Assembly (NCBI GenBank): GCA_048013815.1
Contig: CM106585.1
Location: 2,728,001-2,792,000 of the forward strand
Direction of reading: 5' to 3'
DNA: 64,000 nucleotides
Source: Setoptus koraiensis
Lineage: Eukaryota > Animalia > Arthropoda
Shown here: in pieces, positions 51,359 through 63,663 of the stretch
Layout of the letters: every line of letters begins with the position of its first letter
Position numbering within the stretch: the stretch's first letter is position 1
Notes under the pieces: generated by a model
What the model saw: the letters and a program-made list of their open reading frames with translations, nothing else
Told to the model about the DNA's origin: nothing
Databases searched by the model: none
Made by a program: the position numbers and the translations under genes

Positions 51359-54300
51359 ATGGCAGCAGCCACCTCGATTGAGCCGGCCAAGGCGCACGAC
51401 AGCGGCGAGATTGATTCTAGCGACGAGGAACGTCAATTAGAGAAGCAAATCGATTGTGTGAAAAATGAGGCCGACGCCATGATGCTGGCGGATGATTGTT
51501 TGCAGAAAGCCGTCGAAAGCTGCTCAGAGAGCCGGCTCAAAGCCGGCAGCCTAGTCGACGACGATGGCCAATTGGCGGCCACCGGCGCAGCAGCAGGAGC
51601 AGCCATTCCTATGGACGCGGGTTCGCCACTGGGCAACGAAGATTCGAAGAGGCCAACCGAGGCCCGAATTGGAGAAGATAATGGCCATTCGTCGGACGGC
51701 ACAGATTGCTTGGACGACGACGACGACGACGACGATTTTAGCGGCGGCGGCGGCGCTCCTAATTTAGACCATTATCGGTCGAAATTAGCGCCAGTGACTG
51801 GTCACAAACTGACTGCTATCAAGCGCGAGCCGCTGACTCTGGGCGCCCACCTAGGCCAGCTCAGAGAATTCGAAGAGGAGCGGCCCGAGCGGGCCCCATT
51901 TATGCAGCGGCACAGGCACGGGCCAGAGCATCAGCCGATGCCCAACGGCGCTCAATCGGCGGCCGAGCTGACGCAAACAAACAACTTGGGAGCGGATTCG
52001 GACGACGGCTTGACGGAGGCACCGCTAGCTTGCGCGATGTCGCCCTCGTCCGACCGATCGTCGCCGATGATGCTGTCGGCGGGCCTCAAGCAGCGCGTCA
52101 ATCAGCCAGTCAACAACAGCCAGTCGGCCGAGCGGAAACAAGGCAACAACAAGAGACACAAGTCGCGACAATCCGCAATGCAGCTCGACCCGCAGCAACA
52201 CATGGGCGCCGGCCAGCCATCGCCCGAGTCCGCGGCCATGGTGTTTGCGGCAGCGGCTGCGGCCGCCGCAGCCAACATGGGCCACGCGCATTCGGCCAAC
52301 TTCCGGTCATACAAGAGCAACCAGTTACACAGTGGTCGCAATTACAATACAGAGGGCGCCAGTGGCAACATGTCGCCAAGTCCCACAGCACTGAACAACA
52401 GCAACCACAACAACAACAACAACAATATCGACACACAAAACATTCACAACAATCATCACGACAGCAATGCAATGATGCAATCATATATCACGCCAGCAGC
52501 AGCAGCAGCGGCACAACAGCACCATTTGTCCGGCATTCACAATCATCAGTCTGGCGGTAATCAATTGAGACCAATTGGCCACCACGCGGACAGTGCAGCA
52601 ACGATGCAATTCGGGAATGCACAGCAACAAGCTGACAACATCAATAATGTCAATAATAATAGTTCTGTTAACCAGGAGAACGCCAACAACAACAACGACG
52701 CCAATGTCAATCTGACAACAGGTAACAACAGACAACAGAAGAGCAACACATCGGGCTTGCCAATGACCGCCAGAAACAGCTGTCAGGGGGCGCCCGCGAT
52801 GCAGGTCGGGGCCGGTCAGCAGCAGCAGCCAGCGCAGAGGCAACTGGCTCAAAACGGGGTGGTGATGGTGCCCAGATTGAGCATCAGAGACCAGCAACAA
52901 ATGAACGACCAGGCGCTGAGGCGCTTCAAGTGCGAAGAATGCGGCAAGGCGTTCAAATTCAAGCATCACCTGAAGGAACACATCAGAATACATAGTGGCG
53001 AGAAGCCGTTCGCTTGCAAGAACTGTGGTAAGAGATTCTCTCATTCTGGCTCATATTCGTCGCATATGACGAGCAAAAAGTGTCTAATAATGAACCTGAA
53101 GGTTCGCAATAAAGCCCAAACAAACAACAACAACAACAACAATCATTCGTCGACGGCGATCACAGCGAACAACGCGCCAACAACAATCACGCCAACCGCA
53201 ACAGCGGCACCCGCAACAACGGCAACCACACAACCAACAACCACGAGCAGCGCCTCACCTGTTAACAACAATAAGTCACCCGCAACACGAACAACGGCGC
53301 ACAAGAATAACAACAGCAACAAAAAGACGCCAATGGCCTCGTCGAGGCAGTCGTCAAATTCAAATTTTTCAAATTCGCCAGCGTCGTCGGTGTCGTCGTC
53401 GGCCAACGCAAGACGCTGCAACAAGCAGCAGAACAGCGCCAACTCTAACGGTCGCAACAATCGCCACAACAATCACGCCATAAACCACAATCCAACCACA
53501 AACAACAACAACACCGGCCCGAGCGCCGCCACCAACGACACCAGCAACGGGCCGGCCGCGGCCCTGGCAAACTCAATGGGATCGAACGTCGCTCAATTGA
53601 ACAACGGCCAGCACCAGCCGGGCCAGTACCAGGCCGATGGTCAGTCGGTGAGCGCCCTGTTCGCGGCGGCGGCCGCCGCAGCCGCTGCCTCCTCGGACCC
53701 GTCGGGCGCGGGCGGACACCCGGCCGCTAGCGCGGCCCTGCAAACGGCGCTCGCAAACAAATTTCACCAGCAACAAGTGCAAAATCTGCTCTATCATCAG
53801 CAGCAACAGCAGGCGTCGTTCAATTCGAGCGGCGGCCCCTCAAACCCACTGCTGGAGCCCTACAAAAACAATCGTCTGTCCTATCACGGCTCGAGCCACT
53901 TGAGCCAGCCGGGCGCTTCGTTGCCGCTGAAGCAGCAAGAGCCCAACGGTCAATTTGACGACGCCAGCTCCGGCGATCACGCCAGAACCAGACAGTCCGC
54001 GCAGCATGCGGATAATCCCTTTGCGGCGGCCTCATTCATCAACACTCTGTCGTCGATTATGATGATGGCCAACAGCAACAACAGCAACAACAGCAACAAC
54101 AACAACAACGCTGCCAGCAAAGTTGCCGGCGACGCCAACGATGCCAGGCAGTCGGCTTGCGAACAACAAAACGCGCTCGGGCCCCAGCCGCCAAAGGACA
54201 ATCAGCAGTCAATAATTAATTATTTAAACTATTTATCTTCGTTCAGGAACTACATGCAGCAGCAGCAGCAGCAACCGTTAGTTGGCGGCGCCTCCATCAA

Positions 54301-56065
54301 CCAATCGGCGCCCGACAACTCGTCGATGAAAAAGATGACCGTCGACGTAACGGGCGTCGCAAACAGCAAAGATTCACAGCAGCAATCAGCATTCAACAAG
54401 AGCGGCAACATTTTGACAGTCGACGAAATGGAACCCGACGAGTCGGACGGCGGCGGCTCGTATCTGGGTTCGTCGCGGCCGTCCACGCCAATGTCCTACG
54501 AGCATCAGCTAAACCAGGTAAATGTCTACAGTCCAACATTCCAGGCTATGTCTATGCCGATGCTGTCCACACCACACAGCAACAACAGCAACAACAACAG
54601 CAACAACAACAAGGGCCTACAACAACAATTGCGACATCATTCAACAATGAATCACAATCAACAAAATCATGACGACGACATGACTACGCAAGAGGACGAC
54701 GACAACGATTGCTGGTCAATGGCCATGAACGATTACGTAATGAACAAATATCACAATTCAACAAATTCGCAACTGTCACATTTATTTAATAACGACAATC
54801 ACGACCTAATGACGGATCATCATCATCACAATGCTAGTCATCGCCATCACCACATGCAAAATCAGGCCAGCCTGTTGAGATCAAGCGCGTCTAGTCAACG
54901 TGCCAACCAACAATTGACGCTTGCCAATGGCGCTTGCATGGATGATATTATTAATAGTGATAATGGTAGTGACAATTATCATAATGGCCTATTATTACAT
55001 AACAACAACAATAATCCGTTAGCCACTGGCAATAGTCACTCGCTGCTTATGATGAATCATCATCATCATCAGCAGCAGCACACTAACGATCAAATGATTA
55101 ACGACTTGAATATGAGCCAAAATCATAATCACAATCACAGTCAAAACAACAAAAAGGTACGCGTCAGATCTGTGTTAGGCGAGGACACATTGAAGATATT
55201 GCGAGCTCAATATGAGATTAATCCACGACCAAAGAAGCACGATATTATTAAATTGTCGCATCAGGTAGATTATCCAGCCAGAGTTGTTCAAGTTTGGTTC
55301 CAGAATATGCGCGCCAGAGACAGACGCTTGGGCAGGCCGTTGCCCATATCGTCTTCGTTGGAGTCGTCGTCGTCGTCGTCGGCCGCTCAATTACGCCAAC
55401 AACAGCAACAACTTCACTGTCATATTATGAACAGCGGCAACATCAGCAGCAACAACAGCAGCAGCAAATGCAGATTGAATTACAACAACAGCAACAACAA
55501 TATCGGCGCTACGATAACGGCCGACAACAGAGAAACGCATCAACAGCAACACTTCAACAACAACAACAACTCAGCTCAACATCAGGCATCCATCTACGAA
55601 CACCACGACCACTACCAACAACAACAGCAACAACAGCATCACCCAAGGCGCCTAACCGACAGCTCCAGTCCGGTTTCTCAATCATCATTACTGAGCCAAG
55701 ATGATATAATAGTGCCAGCTAATAGTAGCTGCGCTGGTCAGTCGTCGATTAACGGTGTCAGTGGCAACAACATGTTAGACCAAGAGCACCACACAATGCA
55801 AACAACCAATGATATTTACACCACTAAACAACGGCAACATCCAAATCAAATGAACGCGGCCGCGAAACAATTCATGCAAGCAATATCATCTTATCAGCAA
55901 CTACACCAACAACATTCTTCGTCGGCCTCATCGAGTCCAAACACTTTCTCCCCAACGGACAATCCAAACGCCACCATTTTGACACAAACAATACAAACTA
56001 CCACTACTACCCCAATAACGGCATCTGATACATTTCAACCTCTCGATCTCAGCAGTAAGACATAA
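51359..56065 (+). CDS. zfh1: Zinc finger E-box-binding homeobox protein (zfh1/ZEB/Zag-1 family), single ORF, 1568 aa from the first ATG
   Basis: ZEB-diagnostic fingers [53 protein letters not shown] (52925-53083), a ZEB-type homeodomain [40 protein letters not shown] (~55151-55330), and CtBP motif PLDLS (56039-56053). The ORF track's GTG start at 51305 was replaced by ATG 51359. Further 5' or 3' exons cannot be excluded. Confidence 0.93.
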   Translation: MAAATSIEPAKAHDSGEIDSSDEERQLEKQIDCVKNEADAMMLADDCLQKAVESCSESRLKAGSLVDDDGQLAATGAAAGAAIPMDAGSPLGNEDSKRPTEARIGEDNGHSSDGTDCLDDDDDDDDFSGGGGAPNLDHYRSKLAPVTGHKLTAIKREPLTLGAHLGQLREFEEERPERAPFMQRHRHGPEHQPMPNGAQSAAELTQTNNLGADSDDGLTEAPLACAMSPSSDRSSPMMLSAGLKQRVNQPVNNSQSAERKQGNNKRHKSRQSAMQLDPQQHMGAGQPSPESAAMVFAAAAAAAAANMGHAHSANFRSYKSNQLHSGRNYNTEGASGNMSPSPTALNNSNHNNNNNNIDTQNIHNNHHDSNAMMQSYITPAAAAAAQQHHLSGIHNHQSGGNQLRPIGHHADSAATMQFGNAQQQADNINNVNNNSSVNQENANNNNDANVNLTTGNNRQQKSNTSGLPMTARNSCQGAPAMQVGAGQQQQPAQRQLAQNGVVMVPRLSIRDQQQMNDQALRRFKCEECGKAFKFKHHLKEHIRIHSGEKPFACKNCGKRFSHSGSYSSHMTSKKCLIMNLKVRNKAQTNNNNNNNHSSTAITANNAPTTITPTATAAPATTATTQPTTTSSASPVNNNKSPATRTTAHKNNNSNKKTPMASSRQSSNSNFSNSPASSVSSSANARRCNKQQNSANSNGRNNRHNNHAINHNPTTNNNNTGPSAATNDTSNGPAAALANSMGSNVAQLNNGQHQPGQYQADGQSVSALFAAAAAAAAASSDPSGAGGHPAASAALQTALANKFHQQQVQNLLYHQQQQQASFNSSGGPSNPLLEPYKNNRLSYHGSSHLSQPGASLPLKQQEPNGQFDDASSGDHARTRQSAQHADNPFAAASFINTLSSIMMMANSNNSNNSNNNNNAASKVAGDANDARQSACEQQNALGPQPPKDNQQSIINYLNYLSSFRNYMQQQQQQPLVGGASINQSAPDNSSMKKMTVDVTGVANSKDSQQQSAFNKSGNILTVDEMEPDESDGGGSYLGSSRPSTPMSYEHQLNQVNVYSPTFQAMSMPMLSTPHSNNSNNNSNNNKGLQQQLRHHSTMNHNQQNHDDDMTTQEDDDNDCWSMAMNDYVMNKYHNSTNSQLSHLFNNDNHDLMTDHHHHNASHRHHHMQNQASLLRSSASSQRANQQLTLANGACMDDIINSDNGSDNYHNGLLLHNNNNNPLATGNSHSLLMMNHHHHQQQHTNDQMINDLNMSQNHNHNHSQNNKKVRVRSVLGEDTLKILRAQYEINPRPKKHDIIKLSHQVDYPARVVQVWFQNMRARDRRLGRPLPISSSLESSSSSSAAQLRQQQQQLHCHIMNSGNISSNNSSSKCRLNYNNSNNNIGATITADNRETHQQQHFNNNNNSAQHQASIYEHHDHYQQQQQQQHHPRRLTDSSSPVSQSSLLSQDDIIVPANSSCAGQSSINGVSGNNMLDQEHHTMQTTNDIYTTKQRQHPNQMNAAAKQFMQAISSYQQLHQQHSSSASSSPNTFSPTDNPNATILTQTIQTTTTTPITASDTFQPLDLSSKT

Positions 56066-56447
56066 GGAACGTGCAAGAAATGCAAACAATGCCAACTGCA
56101 ACACACTCGACTATTTGCACACAACACATTTAAGCCACCCACGAGAAGCAGCATAATTTTTTAGCCTTTCATTATCACCATCTTCGTCGAATCATAATAT
56201 CACTATATTCAATATTATTATATAATATATACTTGTATATGTAATATTCACACAACACAAATCACGGGGCATTCACGGAATGATTCCAGGGATATTTCCA
56301 ACATCTTAACTTCCGCTCAGGATACAACCAGCCCTTATGGTGCTATTCTTTTGACCAATTCATTGATCGGACAACACATACACAAATCATGATAGCCTAG
56401 TACAGAAACATGACATACATCCGTGTACATTACTATACATTATTATA

Positions 56448-56453
56448 AATAAA
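56448..56453 (+). terminator. Candidate polyadenylation signal for zfh1
   Basis: AATAAA about 380 nt after the stop, in AT-rich UTR-like sequence. Confidence 0.4.
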
Positions 56454-57517
56454 AACATTATATATTGACAATAACACACAAATAGAAATACACATATTCT
56501 ATTCCATTTCGATAGTTATCCAATTATAAACAACGAAAGAGTTAATCATCATCACCTATTATATAATAAACTAAATTAAATCAAACATTTCGTCTAATTG
56601 ATGCTCTCATCATTGAAATATGATGAAATAGTGAAAAAATTATCGAGAAATGCGTCTCTTAGCATTGAAATAAAACGTCAATGCTACAATCGTCTGCATA
56701 TCGGGACCTCGGTGATGCCTGTATCGCGTCTGGGTCGTGGATCGGTGGCGTACGTGATACGATTCATTTGAAAAATCTCAATGATGCTAACAATAATAGC
56801 AAAATGCTAACCATATTTATGCGAGATAATAATAATGACTATGGTGGTGATGTAATAATAATGACATCGCTCGAGCACTTGCCTGGGGAAATCCGGCGTG
56901 CACATATTTTGTGATTCGCGAAATTTGTCCCGCGTTAGACCCTCTTCAACGTGGCCGAATCAACAAAACTAGCCTGCTCATTGTTGTCTTTGGTTCGTTT
57001 TCACGATTTAAACAATATTTGTTCCATAGTTAGCCGTCCCAATACATAATCGAACTCTCCCTCACTCCTGACAAGTATCCCTGCTCCATCGCCCCATGAT
57101 TTGCCTATTTCGTACAATGGACAATAGGGTCCAGGTAAATTATTAATCTGTGTAATGTAATAAATGAGTGCAAGTCGATACACGATATACTGCAATGATT
57201 TGAGGGTTGAATTGATGAAAATAAAGGAAAATCAACAATTATAGCCGATGTAAACAAATAACACGGCACGCAATGCGCAACTGGTATTCTGTGTTATTTT
57301 ACCACCATGTGTGTTGTCGCCACAATCCGGAGACAAAGCCAAAGAGCGCGCTAAACGTCAACATCAACAAACAACGAGTGCATTGAGGTGACCACAAGCA
57401 TCAAGAGTTGGCATCTCTGTATAAACACCAGCAAAGTATAACATTATTATCACATTATTTTTGTATAATTATTGCCATACCGTATTATTTATTTTCAATC
57501 AATTGATCAGCTACGAA

Positions 57518-59929
57518 ATGCCGTCGTCTCTGGGAAAAGCGGGCGAAATCAACACCATGGACGCGATAATTTCCTCGCAATCTTCGGGCGAGATGTTCGG
57601 ATGTGACGAGAATGGAAAGTAAGTTGGCCTCAGTCTGGTCGTTCACAATGACATTTCGTTATGACGACTCATAGATTATTATATTAAAACTCTCTTAACT
57701 CTAATTAATTCAATAATCAGATGTATGGTCAACGAGTCCGGTGTGCACGACCGAGGGAAGAACAGTAAATGTTGGATATTTGGTCGCGGTGAGGACCAGG
57801 ATGAGCCATCACAAGAGCCCAATAATGACGAACCTGTTGAAGATGCAGAAGAAAACTTCGATGACATGTTCGATGACGACGAAGATGACATTCCCAACCC
57901 CAGTCCAAATGGCAACCTCGACAAAGATTCCGACGAGGTCGATCCTGACGACATTCTCAATAGAGACCCTGATGAAGATGATGACGACCCTGATGATTTT
58001 CTCAACAAAGATCCTGTTGTTGAGGATGATGACGACGACGACTTTCCTGTAAAGAAACGAGGACTCAATTCAAAACAGGTTCGAGAACTATTAGATCGCG
58101 ACGATCCGCCACCAGAAATGGACGGAAACGACGACATAATAAATGACGATATAGAGTTGAATGAAGAGGACATGGATGTAGGAAAAATAAAAGCCGAATA
58201 CTTGGCAAAGATGGGCCTTGATGAAAATGGTGACTTACAAGCAACAAGCAGAGACAAACTAAACAAGAAAGATGTCGAAGAGTTACTCGATAGTATTCCC
58301 ACGCCTGTTATTCAAAAGCCTATTCAACCCGGCGCCACACCCGAAGAGGATAATGTTAGATTCTTGTGTTGGAACGAGACGGGTATTATTAGGGCCCAGT
58401 ATGGAGAAGATCAATGTATTGACGTTTTGTTTCACGACTCTGAGAGGCATTCCTCAATTAACTTTCAAAACGAACCCAATCATAGTTTTGCTTCAATGTC
58501 GGATGATTTGATTGTCATGGGCTCAAATGGAAAATACGGTACTGGTCCTTCGACTATTTTTGGTATTAATTTGCTCGAGAATGACCGCGATCAGAGAGAA
58601 TGGCACGTCAATTTACCTCACGTTGAACTCATTGAAGCATTGGCAGCAGGAACTGGTTTTGTGGCTGTTGTGACAGACAAGAGATATCTGAGACTATTAA
58701 CTCACGGAGGCATGCAATCATATGTAATAAGCTTACCTGGACAAGTTCTCTGTATGAATGCCCACGAGCAACAATTACTCATAATCTATCATAATGGTTG
58801 GGGACATCCAGACGACCAGAATTTGAGCATGAACACTTATCACATCGATCTATTCAATAACAAAGTCAGAAAATCCCTCAAGGATATACCCGTTGCGCTA
58901 AGTAAGCGATCGCCTCTCTCGTGGGCTGGTTTTTCTGATGAAGGTGCACCGGCGACAGCTGATTATCATGGAGTTGTTCGTATGTACAAGGATGACATTG
59001 CCGAATCATGGCATCCAGTTTTAGATTTCAGAGAGCTCAGTTCGAGCGCCTTAGATCATTACTTTGTTGTTGGTGTGAGCGAACTGCGAACAGGGGTTCG
59101 AGCTGTACAATGTTCCAACTCTCGCTACCCTGATAAGAGCCAAGATGTAGCTATTTTTTACCCGTTCACGGTACCACTATGTGACATGGACTGTCAGCGA
59201 GTTCAATTGGAAGAGGAACACGTTCGACTCAGGCTGGCCAGATCATCTTACGATCAGATAACTAGGCAAGGAGCCCACATGCGCCGAGTAGCAGTGCCTT
59301 ACATCGAGTCAAATGTAGAGGAACTGGCCGGAACCATACTCAAATTGTTCAGTATTTATTTGAATGATTCAAAAGAGGAGGCAGCCAAGAATCTGGTCTA
59401 TCTTATGCCAAAAGAATATGTTTACAAGTTGCCGGAGTATGCCTGGCATACGAAGCGTCGCTCATATTTCATAGAATCGCTGACGAAAGCAATTGAGGAG
59501 CGCGAGAGGAACGACGACGAGGAACGACAACAAAACATGGACAGCGATCACCGTCTAAACCAGCATGACATTGTAGCTGCCAGCGACCACGAAAGTGAGA
59601 AAGAATCTGAAGTTCTCAAGCCGAAACCTCTGGAACCAAAGAACCATCGCCTCGCATCGGAATTCGTGGGCACCTTGGGACCTGATGGACAATTGGTGAG
59701 AAAGAAGAGGAAGAATATCGACGATGACGATGACGACGACGACGACGACGATGGAAATGACAACAACGGCGAAAGTGACCAAGATGAGAAGTCAGTTGAT
59801 GAGAATGTCGACAATGCTGCCAACGGCGACAGTATGGACTCCGAGGTGCGTGTTGCGAAGAAATCGAAAACAATCTGTCGGCCTGTTACCGCCAACGGCA
59901 AATCGAATCCTTTCAAGAGAAAAAAATAG
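57518..59929 (+). CDS. WDHD1: WDHD1/And-1/Ctf4 replisome hub protein, join(57518..57618,57721..59929), 769 aa
   Basis: SepB domain motifs PIQPGATP..RFLCWNETGII..IDVLFHD..EWHVNLP..IEALAAGTGFVAVVT..LSWAGFSDEGAP..DHYFVVGV. The upstream exon was found by hand: ATG at 57518, donor AA|GTAAGT at 57619, acceptor ATCAG| at 57720. The phase-2 join keeps the frame (..GCDENGK|CMVNES..). Confidence 0.9.
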
Positions 59930-60376
59930 ATTTTTTAATAATAATCTGTATTTCTATGTGTAAGCCAGCGCAAACGATTAAAGCGAGCTAGTTTTCTACA
60001 ACAAGTTTTGTCGAGCACTGTGTTTTGTCCGCAGCTATATGAGGAAAGTATCAAGTTAGATGATGATGATACATATGAAACGAAATGATGGATTAAAAAG
60101 ATGATTGAAATAACGATCAGATTGATACCAACACTTTGAATGATTCTTCCAACGGGGCGAAAAAGAAATTGTACACGCATGCACCAGCTGACTGAAATGG
60201 TGAGCGAATGACAGAAGAATTGCCTAAAACTGTGCGATACAAGACGCTGCCAATAGAGACTGCTCTCATATGTTTTCACAATGTGATGTTTACAAGCAGC
60301 CAAATGCGTATGCAATGTTATGAGTGAATTTAATTGTTACTAGCACCACATTGCAACTGAGGCCACATTCTTATTT

Positions 60377-63157
60377 ATGGATAAATTGAACATATCCCTG
60401 GGAACTGTGCCCAATATCCAACCACAAATGGCTAATCCGGACCATTCGAGCCTACAGGCAAACAAGCAGACAATTTCTTCGTTATCTTCAAGTCAGCAAG
60501 CGAATTCATCTAAGGGCAACAGCACTAACAGTAACAACAAAAAGCTTCGTGGCGGCGGTCGTCGTGGTCGCTATCCCAGAGACCCATCCAATGGTGGCGC
60601 CGTTCATCGGTCATTTCAATCATCGAACACAGCCAACGAATCGTCGTCGTCCTCCAACAATAATAACACAAGCAACGCAATCCAATTTAACCCACGCAAT
60701 AGACACAAGAGAGGCTCCGCTCGTGGTGGCGCTGGCGGACTCGGTGGCGGCCCAGGCAGCTCGGGCAAATACAAGCAACGTCAATCTGCCGAACTATATT
60801 TAGACGAGCTCACATTGGCCGGCCTCGACATAGATCTGGCCGAGAGCATTGTTTCCAGTTCCACTGGGCCCACAACTTCGTCAACGTCTAACCAACGCCA
60901 TTCTGCTAGCAGAAAACTAAATCTGACACATTTGCTAAATTATAAATTCGACGGCAAGGATAGATCGCGTGCCAATTATCATCAAAACACCAGCGGGAGC
61001 CACCACCACCAATCACATCACAATTTGCCCAGACAATTTGTTGGCCACAGTGGTGGTCAGTACTACTATGGCAACAAGGACCGGCCTATGCGCTTTAATA
61101 AGCAACAATTTTTGCAGGCCAACTGTCAGTTTGTTGTATTGTCTGGCCACGATTATTCAGTTCACAGCGCCGATCCAGATTTGCCTGTTGATTGGGACAA
61201 AGTGGAGGAGGTTCGTTTCTTTCAGACCACAACAACCGAGACCACTTGTCCCATTTGTCTTCAGCCACCAATAGCGGCCAAAATAACTCGCTGTGGACAC
61301 ATCTATTGTTGGCCCTGTATATTGCACTATCTATCTCTTAGTGACGAAAATCATCGTCAATGTCCAATTTGTTTTGAGACAATCTACAAGACAGACCTGA
61401 GGAGCGTTGTGTCGCACACCTACAAAAATTATTCATTAGAGGACGAAATCACACTAAGGCTAATGGTGCGAACTAAAGGAAGCGTTGAAGTGTTCCCCTA
61501 CACGGATCCCAATCACAATGATGACCAGACCAACAGAGATTGCCATCATTCTGGTAGTGGTGGCACGACGCAAGATGAGGACAATTTTACACCACAACGC
61601 AATCTATTGATTGTAGATGGCCAAACTGTCATGGATAAAATAATAGCCAGAGAACAGGAGCAGCTTGAATTGATGAGGGACGCCGAAAGTGACGAGCCAG
61701 AAGTGTGTTTTGTTATTCAGGCCTTATCGTTGTTGTCTCGTCGGAAAGAAATCATGGAGAAAACAATTGAGTCAATGATTATCGCTGAACTTGCTGCTTT
61801 AACTTGCGACACAACAACAGCAACCACAACAAACAACGACCTAGCCAACGACTGTTGCAGCTATCCAAAGATGATGCCGTCGCCCGTCACAATGTCAACT
61901 TCGCCCTCTGATAACAACAACAAATTGAGCAGCCCTTGCGAACAAAAACGTGGCTTTAAAAATTATTTATTCTATCAATCAATGGATGGTCAACATATCT
62001 ATTTGAACGCTTTCAATACCAAGATGTTTTGTCACGAGTATCAGTGCATCGAAAATTGTCCCCCGCTTATTAAGGCAAAAATAATACAAATGGACTGGAT
62101 ATCTATGAACGAGGCTTGGCGGCGGCGTTACCGTTTCTTGGAACATTTACCATTGACGTGTGAGTTTCGCCTGGTCGAAGTAGAGCTGGCAAATCACCAG
62201 TATATCTCAGAGGAGACCTACAGACATTTTGAGGGTGAAATTATGAAACGAGAACTGGAACGTCAGAGAAGATTGAAAGAGGAGCGTAAACGCGAAAAAA
62301 TTATACGGGTGGAACAGCGAAGAAAAATCTATGGCATTCAACCGTCGTTGAAGATCAGCTTAGATAATAGTGAACAGTTTCCGTCTGTTATGGACGAACG
62401 ATTTCTTAGCTCTTACCCTCCACCGCCTTCAAATAGATCAACAGATGACATAATATCCAGTGATGATGATTATGAGAACGAAGAAGCACATGTTGTGTCA
62501 CAACAGACGCAGCAACAACCTGTGAGAGAAACGATGAATCAATCTCAATGTGAGCGGAATATTACTCCCGAGCCCAATGAGGAACCACCAACCTCGTCGT
62601 CGGTTTCGCTCAATCCTGGACCGTTGTCTTTTCGTGAAATTCAAATGCAAGAGGCCGCTGCTTTGGAGGCCCAGATGAAAAAGAAAAAGAAGTCCAAGGC
62701 CACCCAGGCTAAGACAGCTTGGGGCCACCAGTCATCGCTGGCGCAGAAGCTGGTAGACAACAAGAATCATGACAGCAACAATTTGCCATCTAGTTCCCAA
62801 TCTCAAGCGACTGTCGATAACAACAATGACCCTATATCTAGTGGCGAGCAACAATCTTCGTTCGCAAAATTATTGTTAGATGCTAAGTCAAGCCAGAAGC
62901 AATGGACCACCAGGGCAATCCCACAGCAATCATCAAGAGTGCCAGTAAATGATGGTTCAATTAATCAATCACAACCACCATTGCGTCCCTCAAACAAGGC
63001 ACGCATGTCGTCAAATCAGACTGATTATTCGGACAGTGATGATCAAGTGATGGCTACCAGGCCCCCAAATGAGTTTACATTAGCAGATTTTATTCAATTT
63101 AACGTCATAACAAGTAGCAAGAAGAGGGCTAAAAAAAGTTCCAAGAAGGCATCATAG
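60377..63157 (+). CDS. RNF10: RING finger protein 10 (E3 ubiquitin ligase), intronless, 926 aa
   Basis: FNKQQFLQANCQFVV..DPDLPVDW, RING CPICLQPPIAAKITRCGHIYCWPCILHYLSLSDENHRQCPICF, and FYQSMDGQHIYL and RRRYRFLEHLPLTCEF, all recognised as RNF10-family motifs. Confidence 0.93.
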   Translation: MDKLNISLGTVPNIQPQMANPDHSSLQANKQTISSLSSSQQANSSKGNSTNSNNKKLRGGGRRGRYPRDPSNGGAVHRSFQSSNTANESSSSSNNNNTSNAIQFNPRNRHKRGSARGGAGGLGGGPGSSGKYKQRQSAELYLDELTLAGLDIDLAESIVSSSTGPTTSSTSNQRHSASRKLNLTHLLNYKFDGKDRSRANYHQNTSGSHHHQSHHNLPRQFVGHSGGQYYYGNKDRPMRFNKQQFLQANCQFVVLSGHDYSVHSADPDLPVDWDKVEEVRFFQTTTTETTCPICLQPPIAAKITRCGHIYCWPCILHYLSLSDENHRQCPICFETIYKTDLRSVVSHTYKNYSLEDEITLRLMVRTKGSVEVFPYTDPNHNDDQTNRDCHHSGSGGTTQDEDNFTPQRNLLIVDGQTVMDKIIAREQEQLELMRDAESDEPEVCFVIQALSLLSRRKEIMEKTIESMIIAELAALTCDTTTATTTNNDLANDCCSYPKMMPSPVTMSTSPSDNNNKLSSPCEQKRGFKNYLFYQSMDGQHIYLNAFNTKMFCHEYQCIENCPPLIKAKIIQMDWISMNEAWRRRYRFLEHLPLTCEFRLVEVELANHQYISEETYRHFEGEIMKRELERQRRLKEERKREKIIRVEQRRKIYGIQPSLKISLDNSEQFPSVMDERFLSSYPPPPSNRSTDDIISSDDDYENEEAHVVSQQTQQQPVRETMNQSQCERNITPEPNEEPPTSSSVSLNPGPLSFREIQMQEAAALEAQMKKKKKSKATQAKTAWGHQSSLAQKLVDNKNHDSNNLPSSSQSQATVDNNNDPISSGEQQSSFAKLLLDAKSSQKQWTTRAIPQQSSRVPVNDGSINQSQPPLRPSNKARMSSNQTDYSDSDDQVMATRPPNEFTLADFIQFNVITSSKKRAKKSSKKAS

Positions 63158-63348
63158 CCAGCAATATAATCGCCAGCTAGAATTGTCCAACTCTAAATCT
63201 AATTGAATAAAATAACACTGTTCACAGTCTGATGAGTCAGTTGTAGTTTATTAATTGGGGTTACCACACACATCAATATGCTGATGGCATCCGTTCAGAT
63301 CTCCCTCAAGCATCTGTCCATCTTTTTTGAAAAGATTACTTTCATTTT

Positions 63349-63663
63349 TTAGTACTCATTTTTAGGACGAACGTGTATCTCTATATCTATACATCTTGGC
63401 TTGGACGCCTCCAACCAATCGAGGAACCGAGCCAATCCACTAATTCCTTCCTCTCTTGACGGTGGACCGTTCCTTTGTTGCTCCTCTTGAACCGGACGGT
63501 TCCTTTGTTGCTCCTCTGGAGCCGGATTGTTGGCTTCTTCATTTTGATAATAATCTTTGTACAAATCGACCATATAGTCAGCCCAAGATTCATGAATTTC
63601 GCCGTCTTTGAAGTAAAAGGTTTGTAAAGGTTCGTCGTCGACGAATAAACTGATATTCGACAT
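63349..63663 (-). CDS. Small acidic hypothetical protein (104 aa) with a 10-aa internal repeat
   Basis: ATG start, non-microsatellite composition, and convergent with RNF10 across a 191-bp gap. A 30-bp duplication (63469/63499) encodes EEQQRN twice. No family recognised. Confidence 0.4.
   Translation of the reverse strand: MSNISLFVDDEPLQTFYFKDGEIHESWADYMVDLYKDYYQNEEANNPAPEEQQRNRPVQEEQQRNGPPSREEGISGLARFLDWLEASKPRCIDIEIHVRPKNEY

Noticed and set aside
56066-56460. Expected miR-8/miR-200 seed sites (CAGTATT) in the zfh1 3' UTR
   Set aside because: None found by eye. The UTR extent is unknown, so the absence is not interpretable.
57001-57195. Minus-strand ORF resembling a cytochrome P450 N-terminus (hydrophobic stretch then LPGPYCPLYEIG)
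   Set aside because: It stops after about 35 more residues, has no ATG start or downstream P450 motifs, and there is no room for a full gene.
57679-58302. 207-aa Ser-rich minus-strand ORF (also 59548-59916)
   Set aside because: Antisense shadow of the Asp-rich GAT/GAC codons of WDHD1.
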